Source: Heteronotia binoei
Lineage: Eukaryota
DNA: 64,000 nt
Reading direction: 5' to 3'
NCBI RefSeq assembly: GCF_032191835.1
Contig: NC_083230.1
Span: forward strand, 80,910,001-80,974,000
The position numbers and the translations under genes were made by a program. The notes under the pieces are model-generated. The model made no database searches, was not told the origin of the DNA, and was given only the letters and a program-made list of their open reading frames with translations. The stretch's first letter is position 1. Each line of letters begins with the position of its first letter. Below, piece after piece: positions 32,084-44,120 of this stretch.

Positions 32084-35000
32084 ATCCATTTTGAGATAAC
32101 AGTGAATCTGTAGCGAAAGGACTTAACCAAATCTATCCTTTTGCCTTTCATGTGGATTGCTGTATATGCATGGTGTCATGCCAATAGTTTCACCACCAAG
32201 CCTCCTAATTTTTTTTAGATATAATATACCTATGATGATTTGCAGAGGGTTAGCTGTGTTTGTTTTGTGGCTTCTTGAAGACTAACAAACTTATTGTTGC
32301 ATAAGTTTTTGTGAGCCAGAGCCTCTTCATTTTTTAGTCGTTAAAATGCTGCAAGATGTTGTGATGAAAGATAACCACCTGTCTGGACCATGAAAAATGT
32401 TATAGTTGTCTGACTGTGGTACTGCTGCTCAATGAATACAGGTGTTTTCACAGTATGGCTGTTAACTTTGTATTCATATATTTTAGTGATTCTTGTATGT
32501 ATAGTATAGCTTTTGGTGATATGGAATTGTTGTCCTAAGAATGTGGTATAACAGGTCCTGAATATGATGTGCTAATGTTGGTTATTTCCGTAGTGGGGGC
32601 ATCTTTGCTCCTTTGCTTCTTTTCCTCACTTGTGGATTGACTCCTTAAACCCTGGAGCCTTTTATATTCTGGCTTCTTTAGTTTAGGACACAGGGTGTGA
32701 CTGAAGAGCTGAAAGTAATTCTAAATGTCACTCTAATGCCCTGTTGATAAGCTTTTAGTAGCAATAAAGGGAACTTTGACTTTTTAGTACATTCTGAATT
32801 ATATTTTTGTTGGTAAAATAACTCCATCAAGATTGAGTTTAAAAGCTGAAGAAGAAACATGTGGTAGTGATGGTGACATTGCAGGTTCATGGCTGGCAGT
32901 GTTATTAATAATAATTGTCTAAGACCAGTTTAGTTAGTATATTCTCTGACAGTGATTATCCAGACACCAACTAGATTAGAGGCATTGAACTCATTTGTTA
33001 TGAGTGCTGGATTTGACATAAAAGAGACCTTGTTGGGTTGGGCCGAGCCATGTTTGTACCTAAGAACCCAGACAAACATATACATATATTTTGAAAAAAC
33101 TTAACACATGCTTAAAATGTTAGCACTCATTGGTCTTAAAGGTACTTTCTTTGTATTTCTCCCATTCTCGGTAGCTCTGCTGTGTGATTGAGAGAGCCTG
33201 GCAAAGCAAGCTATTCCTACCCAAGGGAAGAGCCTCAGCTGATGGAGAAAATAGAGGTTTTGTTCTTTAGCTCCTGTGCAGTTGAGCAAGCCTTGCAAAG
33301 CAAGCTGTGATGCAGAAGGAAGCAAGACAGAGGGAGAAGGAAGCAGATGACAACCAGTTGCTCGGGGGCCTGAAAAGAACCCTCCAGGGGCCTAATTCGG
33401 CCCCCAAACTGCATGTTTGACACCCCTGAACTTGATGCTCTGTAGGACCAGACATAGATAGACTGTCACCTTTCTGATTTTGTCTTTTTTTTAAAGCTGC
33501 CTTTTCTAGTGGTGGTCATAACTTGTGACAAAGAATTCCACAGATGTGTTCTGTGAAGAGCTATTTCTGTGTCTTGAATCTTCTGTCAATCAATTCCTTT
33601 AGTTGACCCAGTATTCCAGCTTTTGGAGAGAATCTCTACTCATTAATCATAAGCCTCTATCATGCTGTTCCATGGTCATTGGCAGATGCTTTGTTTTGGC
33701 TGAAAACTTCGATTTCTTATGAATAAAGTATAAGGATTTTGCTATCCTTTTAAGTTGTTCCTTCCTCTTTGCTTGCTTTTTAGTTGAAGTGAAGCTTTTA
33801 TTCCTTATATTAATGAGGTCTTCCAGGCACTTCATGGCCGTTGGAAGATGTCTCTGAATGCATCATCCTCTTAAAATCAGATTGCTTGAATTACAGTAAG
33901 ACAGCCTGTAAATCTGTGAGTAAGCCTTTGAATAAAGCACTTTGTCTTTGGATGTGTGTAAATAGAAAAGGAATAAGTAGAACTAAAGAGCTTGTGAAAT
34001 AAAATGAGAATAGATCTCAGAGCTGAATGTCCAAATTTCCATCCCCCAACAGTATAGGGTAGTATAGGGTGCTTTGCGTGCCTTCATAAATACAGATAAA
34101 TAGTATGGGGTACTTGGTCCCCACCTACATAGCTCTGCAGGCACCCTACCCATTCTTTGTTTGTTGAAGTCATTTTGTGTCCTCTGCTTTTAATCTCAAG
34201 TTTATTCTTTCTCCTTCTATTTACTCTTTAGCATGGGACTACAGGAATTAATGATGGATTCAGTCTCAGTTTGGCAGTACATTTTCAGCTAAAACTCTTA
34301 AAAATGCAGCTGGTTACATGTATTCTGACAGTCAAGTTGTTTTTCTCTAAAATATAAAGGAGTATTTGACAATATTTTAAACCATTTCCTCAAATGGTTC
34401 TCAGACATTGATACAAAATGTAAATCTTTGTGGAATTGCTTTAAAACATTTCATTTTGTCAAATCATAGGGCTGGGCAACATTTGGGAGTACTGAATGAC
34501 CTCATTTTTGTTCCGAAGTTCAGTTGCTTGTTTCAGTTATCTGCCTCTTGATGGGATGAAGAAAAGGCAAACACTTCTTAAAATTAATATGACCAATCTG
34601 AATGTTTAGGGTAAATTTTTATAAACACCTTGGCCTTTTGGCTAAGATAAAGTTTAGTGTGTAAGCATTTTATCATACAGTTTAATGAACACTTTATCTG
34701 TCTTCAGTTGCAAATAGAAGAAAAACTGTATTTGAAATTTCTGTAAATTAGCGACTGTGTTTTTGTCATGTGTAGCGTTTAGCTATTTCAAGGCTAAATA
34801 ATTGTCATATTTTAAATTTAGAAGGGATGATAGTTTCACAGCCTGAAGTGTTTGATTGCTAGGCTTCCATGTTCTAGCCCTGCTTCCAAATACTGTTGTT
34901 AACATGAAAAACCACCTATTAAATCAAATATGAAGTCAGGTGTTTTCCATTATAACTTTTTGTTCTTCCCTCAAGTAACAGAGGATAGCCAATATGGTTC

Positions 35001-35617
35001 CCTCCACCTTGGTTGTTTTTATCTTCCCACCCACCCTGTGAGACTATGACTCGCCCAGGGCTAATCAATGAGGAGCATGACTGAACAGGGACTTGAATTC
35101 AGATCTTATGAGCCCTACTGCAGCAGTCTAATTGCTACATCTTGTTGGCTTGCTTGTGTTTCTGAATCCAAGCAGAACTGTAACATCCCTGTAATGGGAG
35201 AGACTTGAAAAAGGAATTCTTAAATCTGAAGCTCCAGTTGAGGTTTGTGCTCTTTCCTAAATGAGATTTTTAAAATCTTGGGCTTGTTCTTTCACTAGTC
35301 AACAGCAACTAAGCGGCTGATCCCACTTCCATTCAGCATTTACAGCTATTCTGATCTTCGTTTTCCAGTAGCCTTCCTCCTGAGCCTGCTTTGGCATGGA
35401 TGGTGGGATATAAATCAAATAAACCTAGCCCCCCCACCCCTATTATCTAATCCTTCACTTCTGAGGTTTGAAGCCATGCGAGCTCCACCTTTCATTAGCT
35501 TTAATAAGCACTCAGCAGAACAAATTAGTTACTTTGGGTACAAAAGCTGGTTGGCTTCTTCACTGTGCTCTTCTTACTGACCCTGTCACAATTGTGCTAG
35601 TGAAAAAAAAACTAGTG

Positions 35618-36424
35618 CAGGGGGTATCAAACTCATTTGTTACAAGGGATGGATCTGATGTAAATGGGATTTTGTGGGGCCAGGCCATGCATATCATAAA
35701 ATGTTATGGCAGGTAGTGGAGATATAAATTTTATAAGGATACAAACACAATTAAAGATATTCTTTTTAAACTTAAAATACAAACATACTTAAAACTCTTG
35801 CAATATTTTGTTTAAAATGAAAAGGTGGTGGAATAGTGGGATTTGGCAGTGCAGTTTTAAAATAAAACCTTTGGGAAAAAGCACAAGGATCACAGCAGTA
35901 AATATAAAATGCTCTATCTAGGAAAAAATGAAATATCTGGGCATTGCAAGCTTCTACCCCACCTTGTCCACTTAGATTGTCAATGGCTCTCCAGTGTAAT
36001 ATGCCCCTTTGGCTGTGGGTTCCCAGGGTAGAGTACTCAGCAACAGTCCTTTTGTCCATTCAGCAGAGACAAGCTGTCTCAAGGCATCTACCCTTTATTT
36101 GCAAGGATACAACTCCAGTAAGCAACTGGCCATAGGAATGCTGGGAGGTGAAACACACTGCAGTACAGACAAAGTTGCAAGGAAAATGCAGAGTGGATTT
36201 TCCATTAAGGAAAATTTTCCATGAAAAATCCACTCTGCAGTTTCTTTGCAACTTTGCTTTCTGCTGCAGTAGGCAAAGACAAGGCAGAAAGAGCAGGGAA
36301 CTTTGGCAACCTTGGAGCTTCAAAGGGTGAGGACAGGAGGGGGGAAGAAAAGAGCCCCGCAGCTTGATTAAAGCCCTGGGTGGGCTGGTTCTCACCTGCA
36401 GGCTGGACATTTGGCATTATAGTG
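35618..36424. mobile_element. hAT-Charlie-like non-autonomous element
   Basis: Left TIR cagggggtatcaaact; homologous pieces at about 33.0-33.4, 44.5-44.8, 45.9-46.2 and 54.5-55.6 kb; the right TIR is degenerate. Confidence 0.6.
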
Positions 36425-36432
36425 GACTAGTG

Positions 36433-36570
36433 CAGGGGTGGCCAATGGTAGTTCTCCAGATTTTTTTTTTGCCTACAACTCCCATCAGCCCCAGCCATTG
36501 GCCATGCTGGCTGGGGCTGATGGGAGTTGTAGGCAAAAAGCATCTGGAGAGCTACCGTTGGCAACCCCTG
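36433..36570. mobile_element. 138-bp palindromic hAT MITE
   Basis: Near-perfect hairpin; perfect 8-bp TSD gactagtg (36425-36432, 36571-36578). Confidence 0.92.
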
Positions 36571-37440
36571 GACTAGTGCATTATATTTGGTCATGAATGT
36601 TAAACTGCCTTCTCTGGAGTGAATTTTCATAGTGATTATTAATCATGCTGTATGAATGGAAAACTGAATGTTGCTTACCCATGTGTGAGGAGGGTATGTA
36701 TAGGAAATGGAATCATTGCAGAAATTATCAGATAAATGGTGAGCTTCTTCTGAGGGTTTAAATGTGGAGCCTGTGGGGTTGCTGTATTAACAACATAGCA
36801 AGCTGCAGTTTGAAAGCAACTGAGGTTTAAATAATATTGGGGCTAGAATAAAGAGATACATGAGATTTTCATGGGGACTTTTAGAGCATTATTCTTTTAA
36901 TTTATGATCCACCTTTTTCACTTGGACTCAAGGTAGATTAACAGTATGATGCAAGCTTTTCAGTCAGTAAGTTGATTACAAAACAGGTTAACACCAGTCA
37001 GTGGGTTATAAGATATGGTAGCAATAAGTAAATATTTGGTGAGAGAAATGCAAGAATAGTCATGGGAACAAGAGTGTGAGCCAGAGGTCTTAGTAATGCA
37101 GAAAAAAATGAAATTATTTTGTTATTTTTATACATTTAGTAGTAGACGTGCTTTGAATCTTAAATGAGTTTTAAGAGGCTTTAAAAATATCTTAAAGGAC
37201 GTCCTACTTGACTGAGTATATCATCTCCTTTAGGACCCTGTACAGTATGGAGCCCATATAGTTGAAGAACCCCCCCATATGAAACTGGGTGCACCTTAAG
37301 ATTGTCACATCAAGGCTTGTTCTTTCTGTTCCCTCTGTAAAAAAGGTGAGATCTGTTACCCAAAGAGCAATAATAGTATGGGCTGCTGGTTGAAAGAAGG
37401 GATGCTTACCCTTTAAGTAACTTCGGATGGCTCTGTATTT

Positions 37441-37642
37441 TTTGTTGTTCAGTTGCACAGCCGAGTCCAACTCTTCACGACCCCATGGACCACATCATGC
37501 CAGGCCTTTCTATCTTCCACCGTCCTCCTAAATTTGCTCAAATTCATGTTCATTGCATTGATAGCACTGTCTAACCTTCTCATCCTTTGCCCTTCCCTTC
37601 TTCTTTCAATCTTAGCATCAAGGTCTTCTCCAGTGAGTGCTC
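37441..37642 (-). mobile_element. RTE-BovB LINE 3' end
   Basis: ttgttgttcagt..gtccaactcttcacgaccccatggacca..tcaaattcatgtt, matching the reverse of the BovB 3' end. Confidence 0.75.
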
Positions 37643-39351
37643 AGATACTCTTTATATCTGTATTGTTTAGGTGGACTTTGCCCTGACTTGATTCTAATTG
37701 TATTTTGGTTATCCTTTTTAATATGTCGGGTTCAGATTGGTTTTTTCAACTCTTAGATTTTAATCACTTTGAGCAACAGGGAAGAGTGGTATATAGAAAA
37801 AAAAGGAATGAGTATTAATGTAATGAAACAAATGGACCAATTGCAAAACTTGTGGGGGGAATCCAATCCCCCCCCCCCCATACCATTGGGCAAGACTCCC
37901 TCAGAGGCCGGCCACAGTGGCAGTGGTGTCTGAGAGCAGCTTTGAGCCTGCTCCAAGCCTGGGGAGGCTCCAGGCATTCTGCTGCAGCAGCCAGGCTGAC
38001 AGCAGCTCCTAGGCTCCACTGCAGCCTTGCTGCCGTAATTTCCTGAGTTTGCTGCGGCCATGGCCAGGCTTGCCAGCATCTTTGAAGCCCTGTCACTTCT
38101 CCAGCTGCTGAAGCAACAACTGCTGAGCCACTATAGTTGCTCGATGGTTTATCTGGGAAAAGGGAATTTAAACTGCCCAATGTATTTTTAAAACTTTTCC
38201 AGATTTTTCTGCAAACCTAAGGGTTCACGAAGTTGGCAGAAAACCCTATTTAGGGTAAGTGTGCCCCCTATCTGTGGATTTTTGTATGAACAGATAGGGA
38301 GCACACTTGGCACATAGTATATAGATAGATAGTATATATTATAGCTTTATTGCTCAGTCTTGAGTGTTCTGGAGATGTTATAAGTATCTGGTTTTTAATC
38401 TCATCCGTAAAAATTGTCTCAATTTGTGTCTAAAATCAAATCCTGCCTGTGCTCGTGAATGCACACAAAAAACTCACCCCAAACACCCAGACAGCTATAT
38501 TGTGGAGTTAATTTGGGTTGTAAGAGAAATAGTTTTAAATTCTGGCTTTTCTCTATCTCCTTTCAGACATGGTTTTAGTTAGCTCAGCTTTTTGCTATAC
38601 TGGCATATAAATGTCTTATTTGCTTTTTCCACACTATACTTTGGTCAAGCCAGTTTAGGATTAGTATTTTTTGTTTCTTCCATAGAGCAAGCAGTTGAAC
38701 TAAAACTAATGCATGGAAAATGATCTTTTCACTTTAAGTTGGATGTTGGCAAATTTTCTTTGGATTTGGAAGGCAGCCTCAAAATTTAGGGGTGAGGCTC
38801 ATATTTCAGGGTTATATATGGCCATATTTTCTAATTATTGGTACCTCAAAAAACAATAGGTGCCACAGATTTCTAGATGCTGTAGCAACCTGGTGCCTGG
38901 GATTTGCCAAGCGCGGCTTTGATTAAAATTGGATAGGTTGCTAAGGATTAAATAACATTATTTTGTGAGCTTTCAGTGGTCCTTTGTTTCTTTGACCACT
39001 TCCTTTAGAAGAGCAGAATGGAACATAATTTGCTGAAGCTGCTTCCTTATCTCTCTCCCCAGTTTTGAGGTGTGACTACTTTGAATGCTTTTTATTGCTT
39101 TTTTTTGCCTCTCTCGTCCTTGATTTTGGAGCTTTAATTTAACATGTTAGCTGGGTCAAGTGTTGGTGTCTGAAGAAAGGCAATAGACCTTACGCAGCAG
39201 CTTTCCATTCAGGTCACTTCTGAGTTTTCAGAAGAACAGTGGAAGCAAAAGAAGGCCTGGCCTATTTAGCTTGTTCTTTTTTATGGGTAGAGGTTTCATT
39301 CCCAGAATTCAAACTGAACTGTGGGTTGCTAGGGAAGAAGTTATATGCAGC

Positions 39352-39575
39352 ATGGGGTTGTGGTTGGGAGCAGCAGAGTCTAATCTGGAGAACTGGGTTT
39401 TGTTCCCCACTCCTGCACATGAAACCTACTGGGTGACCTTGGGCCAGTCACAGTTCTGTGAGAACTCGCTCAGCCTCACCTGCCTCACAAGGTGTTTGTT
39501 GTGGGGAGAGGAAGGAAAGGCCACTTTGAGACTCCTTAGAGCAGAGAGAACTAGTGTATAAAAATCAGCTCTTCC
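39352..39575 (+). mobile_element. MIR-derived SINE (Squam3-like), degenerate
   Basis: Homology to 25093-25371. Confidence 0.7.
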
Positions 39576-40310
39576 TTTTTTGATTAAGCTGTGTAGAAAC
39601 AAAGTAGGGATTTGATCTGATGGCTTTTGATTGGCCTTTTGCTTTGCCTTCCATCTTCATTAACTTGTCTGTCAGAAGGCTTCCCATTTTCATATGCCTA
39701 AAAAAAACAGAATCAGTGCTTTGGCAATTTCTCCCTGTGAGGCTGCTGATGTTCCCAGCTCCTTCTGCCTTGTCTTTGCTGGCTTCAGCTGGAAGCTCTT
39801 CTGAGCTTTCAAAGTTGCAAGGAAAACCTGGAATGGATTTTTCATGAAGGTCTCTGCACCTTCATGGTCTGTCTGCCCAGAGACTTTAATGGAAATCCAT
39901 TCTGTCTGTCCCCTTGCAGCTTTGTCTTCGCTACAGTGTATTTCAATGAAATATAGCTAAAGCAGTTTCACTTTTGCAGTGTTAATGGCCAGTTGAAGCT
40001 CCTTGCAAATAAAGGGTTGATGCTTTGAGCTGTCTCTGCTGAGTAGACCTGAGAACTGGTGCCGAATGAGTTCTTTAACCTGGGAACCCACAGCCGAAGG
40101 GGGATATTACACTGGAAAACCATTGCCAATCTGAGTAGATAGGGGTGGGGTGGGAAGAGAAGCTTTCAATGCCTAGCTATTTCATGTTTTCCTCAATTCA
40201 GATCATTTTATATTTTTAGTCTCTGCTGTGATCCTTGGGCCTTTTCTTCATGTTTTATTTTAAAAACTGCATTGCCAAATCCCAGTATTCCCCCATCTTT
40301 CACTTTTAAA

Positions 40311-40552
40311 CAGTACTGCAGTCTGAACTTTCTGCTCACGACCTGAGTTCGATCCTGGTGAAAGCTGGGTTCAGGTAGCTGGCTCAAGGTTGACTCAGCC
40401 TTCTTCCAAGGTTGGTAAAATGAGTACCCAGATTGCTGAGGGGAAAGTGTAGATGACTGGCAAACCACCCTGTAAAAAAGTCTGCCGTAAAACGTGATGT
40501 GACATCACCCCGATGTCAGAAACAACTGGTGCTTGCACACCTTTACCTTTTT
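40311..40552 (+). mobile_element. tRNA/BovB-tail SINE
   Basis: Family core ttgactcagcc..gtaaaatgagtaccca; ctttaccttt tail. Confidence 0.85.
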
Positions 40553-43108
40553 ACAAGACTTTTAAGCATGTTGGTATTATAAATTAGAAATAATATAATA
40601 TATTTAATTTCTGTATCTCCACCACCTGGAATTACTTTTTATGACATGCATGGCTCAGCCCCACAAAGTCCCATTTGTGTCACATCCTGCCATCGTAAAA
40701 AAAGAGTTTGACACCCTGATCTTTTGGGTTCTTTTCTTCCCTTTCTTCCCTTTGTGCCCTAATATTTTTCAAAGGGAAAAAAGGATGGAAAAGGCCCTCA
40801 ATATCAATACAAAACCAAAGAAAAAAATCAAAGAGGAGTATATGTACTGCAAAGGATACATAGAACAAAACACTATGTGACACTAAACATTGTATACAAA
40901 AATATTAGTGTGTGATGACACTCTTGATAAAGTACTAATTTCTTGCCATCCTCATATGTGTACAAAGAACTTTTCAGTACACAAATATTCCACATGAAGT
41001 CAAGACTGTAGGAGGCAGTTGAATCCTCATTCAAATATGAAATGGTTTTAATGTTTTAAGTCACAGTAATTGTCAACAGGTTCCCTTTAATGCTTAAATT
41101 GGTAAGCTGCCATCTAATTAACAGAATAATATATATCCCGTTGTTGTTCTTTAAGATCCATACTCTAATGAGAGTACCAGACTTGCAGCTAATTCAAATT
41201 CTGCTGCTAAGATCAAAACACAGAAGTAATCTCTTCTAGGAGCAACCTTTGAACAGGATGTGAATATATCGCTATAACATGATTCAGCCACCTTCCAAAG
41301 TGGGCCTGAAAGTCCTACCAGAGATCTTTTTCCTGGAGGTACCAGTGCTTGAGCTTGGGGAATATTCTGCATGCTTTTTAGCAGTACCACTAAGCTTGTG
41401 TGCCCCCCCCCCAAAAAAAATCTCAAAAAGCACTTGCCTGACTGCATGCCTTGAATTTCTGTTACTAAAAATGTGTCAGTCTTCACTTGTGTATTATTTT
41501 GAACAATAATTTAACTATTCTTTTTAAAGAATTTGAAAAGGCAAACCAGTGTGTTACAAAATTATAACTTAAAAGTAAAACCCATTTCATGCATATAAAT
41601 GTGAAGACAGCAAGTTCAATCCTTTTAAGTTTAAAGAATTGCTTTCCTCTTAATACAGCAAAAGGTCTGATTAGTCAAAGGGTGAGATCACACTGGGAAT
41701 TTGGTGCGGCAGTATCCTGGCTTTGAAAAAGCCAGTGCTCTTTGATGCATGGTGTGGCAATCACCCCCTTCCCCGCTGCCGGGAGAGGCACAGGCCACAT
41801 GCATGCATGCAAGAGGAGCATTCAGACTGCTCCTGCATATGCAGGGCAGGTGCATTTTGCACACCATGGCCATTCAGATAGCTGGGAAACACACCCTGCA
41901 TGCACTTTAGAGATTTCCGGTGCCTATTTAATCCAATCCCACCCTGTCCTAAAACAAGGTAAGAAGGGGGGGGACTCGGGGCAGGTGTGTGTGTGTGATT
42001 GCACACATTAAATCTGGAGGGGAGGCATAACTAGATAGGGCCAAATCTCTTGTGTGATCTCACCCAAAGATTTATCATACTATTACAAGTAATGCTGTGG
42101 TGGAGTTTGCAGCTGACTAGTAGAAAATAAGTTGCTTACCAAGCTCAGCCACGATTCATAGATGCCTGTACCCTTGTAGCTTTGTACCCTTTTAAGGCCC
42201 TAGTGGATGGATAAATCAGAGCAATATAAAACAACTACTCTCCATTGGTTGTCTGAAGCTATTGCATTGAGGAGAAATGTCTGCTTTATACTCAGAATGC
42301 CTCTGAGTGTAGATCATTCCTGATGGCCCCTGTTAAGCTTCACTGGTTTAGGTGAAGGAGGCTCATTCCCTGATATTTATTTATTATTTATTTATGATTT
42401 ATATCCCGCCCTTCCCACAAAGATGGCTCAGGGCGGCTCACAACAGATAATAAAACAAGAATTAAATTAACATTTAAATATATAAGCAGTTAAAACAGTC
42501 AAAACATTTAAAACCTTAAAACATCAAACCTTAATAGTATAAATAGCAAGAATCTGGTAAGCTACATTAGTTTCCCATATCAGTTAGGGATATGATGCAT
42601 GCTGTACAGGAACATGTGATTCCTATTTTTTAGAGTACGTAGAAGATTCCAGCCTTTTAACTGATGTTCCAAGAACGTTTACTTGTTTAGAATATGTAAT
42701 AAGGGAGGCATGTTGCAGAGATTTGGGATGATGGGAAAGAGGATAAAACCTCAGTTGTCACATTCAGGCTAGAGACTTTTTCTTAATGCCAGCTGGATAT
42801 TTTCCATGTTGTTCCACTACTCCTAAGCTCTGAGTCACCACTAGTGAAGGCAGATAACCCACTGTAATTGTTGGAACAGCAATAGTTTGGCCTGGACTTG
42901 TAAACAATGGTGTATAAACATTTCCACTGAATTAAGAAATTTATTAGCAAGACAAGACCTCAGCATCTCTTAGAGATGATGTTATGTAAATGGGGGAGGG
43001 AAACTACCCCAGGCTTTACTTGTAGTACAGTCATATAAAAATTGAAAGGAAATGAAGATGGGGAAAAAAACTATTATGCTGCTGTTCCAAGTGATGGGTA
43101 AGCCAACT

Positions 43109-43350
43109 GGATATGAGGGTGATCTGACTGCAACATATGTCATGCCATTGATCACCAGGGTTGATTTGGCTGATCTAGCATCTTAGATGGGTGTCCCCTA
43201 CACCACTCCATGTGCATCCCTCCCAAAGCTGCACTCTCAGTGGAAGATAGAAAGATATAAACAGTGCTTCAGTGAAGGGTATGTGATAGCTGCACTGCCT
43301 TGCTAGAACCTTCAAACGAGCTCAAGGTCCATTTGTAGGAGAGTGTAGGA
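43109..43350 (+). pseudogene. RN7SK: 7SK snRNA retrocopy, 3'-truncated, with CpG decay
   Basis: Collinear with 7SK from nt 1: ggatatgagggtgatctgactgcaacat..ccattgatcaccagggttgatttggctgatct..gtgtcccc..aagggtat..tgctagaacc..aggtccatttgtaggaga; candidate TSD taagccaact / taaaccaact. Confidence 0.9.
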
Positions 43351-43914
43351 TAAACCAACTAATGAATATGTTTGGTTAACTTTTTTTCTAGTGTCCTGTT
43401 GATCTGCTCAACAGCTAATGCTGTGTTTACTCAAAATGAAGATGGCCCTCTAAAAAAAGTTGTATGGAGCATTTTTAATTATTGCACATACTTTTAATTT
43501 ATGGGGAAATTAAATATGATTTTTTCTTGACAGCATTCTGGGGTGGGGGGGAAGGCTTCAGGTAAGTAAGTAAGCAAGGTAATATTAGTTCTGTTTCTTT
43601 GATATGGCAGTATGGCAGCAGAGGCTTTGAGTCAGCATGGGATTGCACAAAGTGAGTTCCACTGATCACAGGCAATCAGGCTAGTGACTACTTGCAAGAC
43701 TGCATTAAGTGGGAAAAGCTTCCATGGAAGCTGAATAATTCAGAAGGACAACTTTTTGAATCTGGTAGGATTGATATTTCTTAGTGGATGGTTTACTTTA
43801 AATATACAAGTCTGTGACATTGTGTTTTCTTTGAAATCTGACATGGTATTAAAACTCCATAACTGCAATGACTGTAACTTTTCCCAGAATTTGTAAATTA
43901 TATGGATGGCATAC

Positions 43915-44120
43915 TCAGCTAGAGTCCCTGCTGGAATGGCCTTGGGTCAGCTATAGCTCTCGCAGAGCTGTCCTTGAAATGGCAGCTTCTGGAGGAGCTC
44001 TCTCATCCCCACCTATCTCACAGGGTGTCTGTTGTGGGGGAGGAAGGTAAAGGGGAGTGTAGACCACTCTGAGATTCAGAGTGAAGGGCAGGATATAAAT
44101 CCAATATCATCATCATCTTC
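43915..44120 (+). mobile_element. 5'-truncated MIR-derived SINE
   Basis: Homology to the 3' part of 25093-25371. Confidence 0.75.

Noticed and set aside
32682-32714. Small intronic exon
   Set aside because: The acceptor is plausible but the donor (AAA|GTAATT) is weak, and there is no other support.
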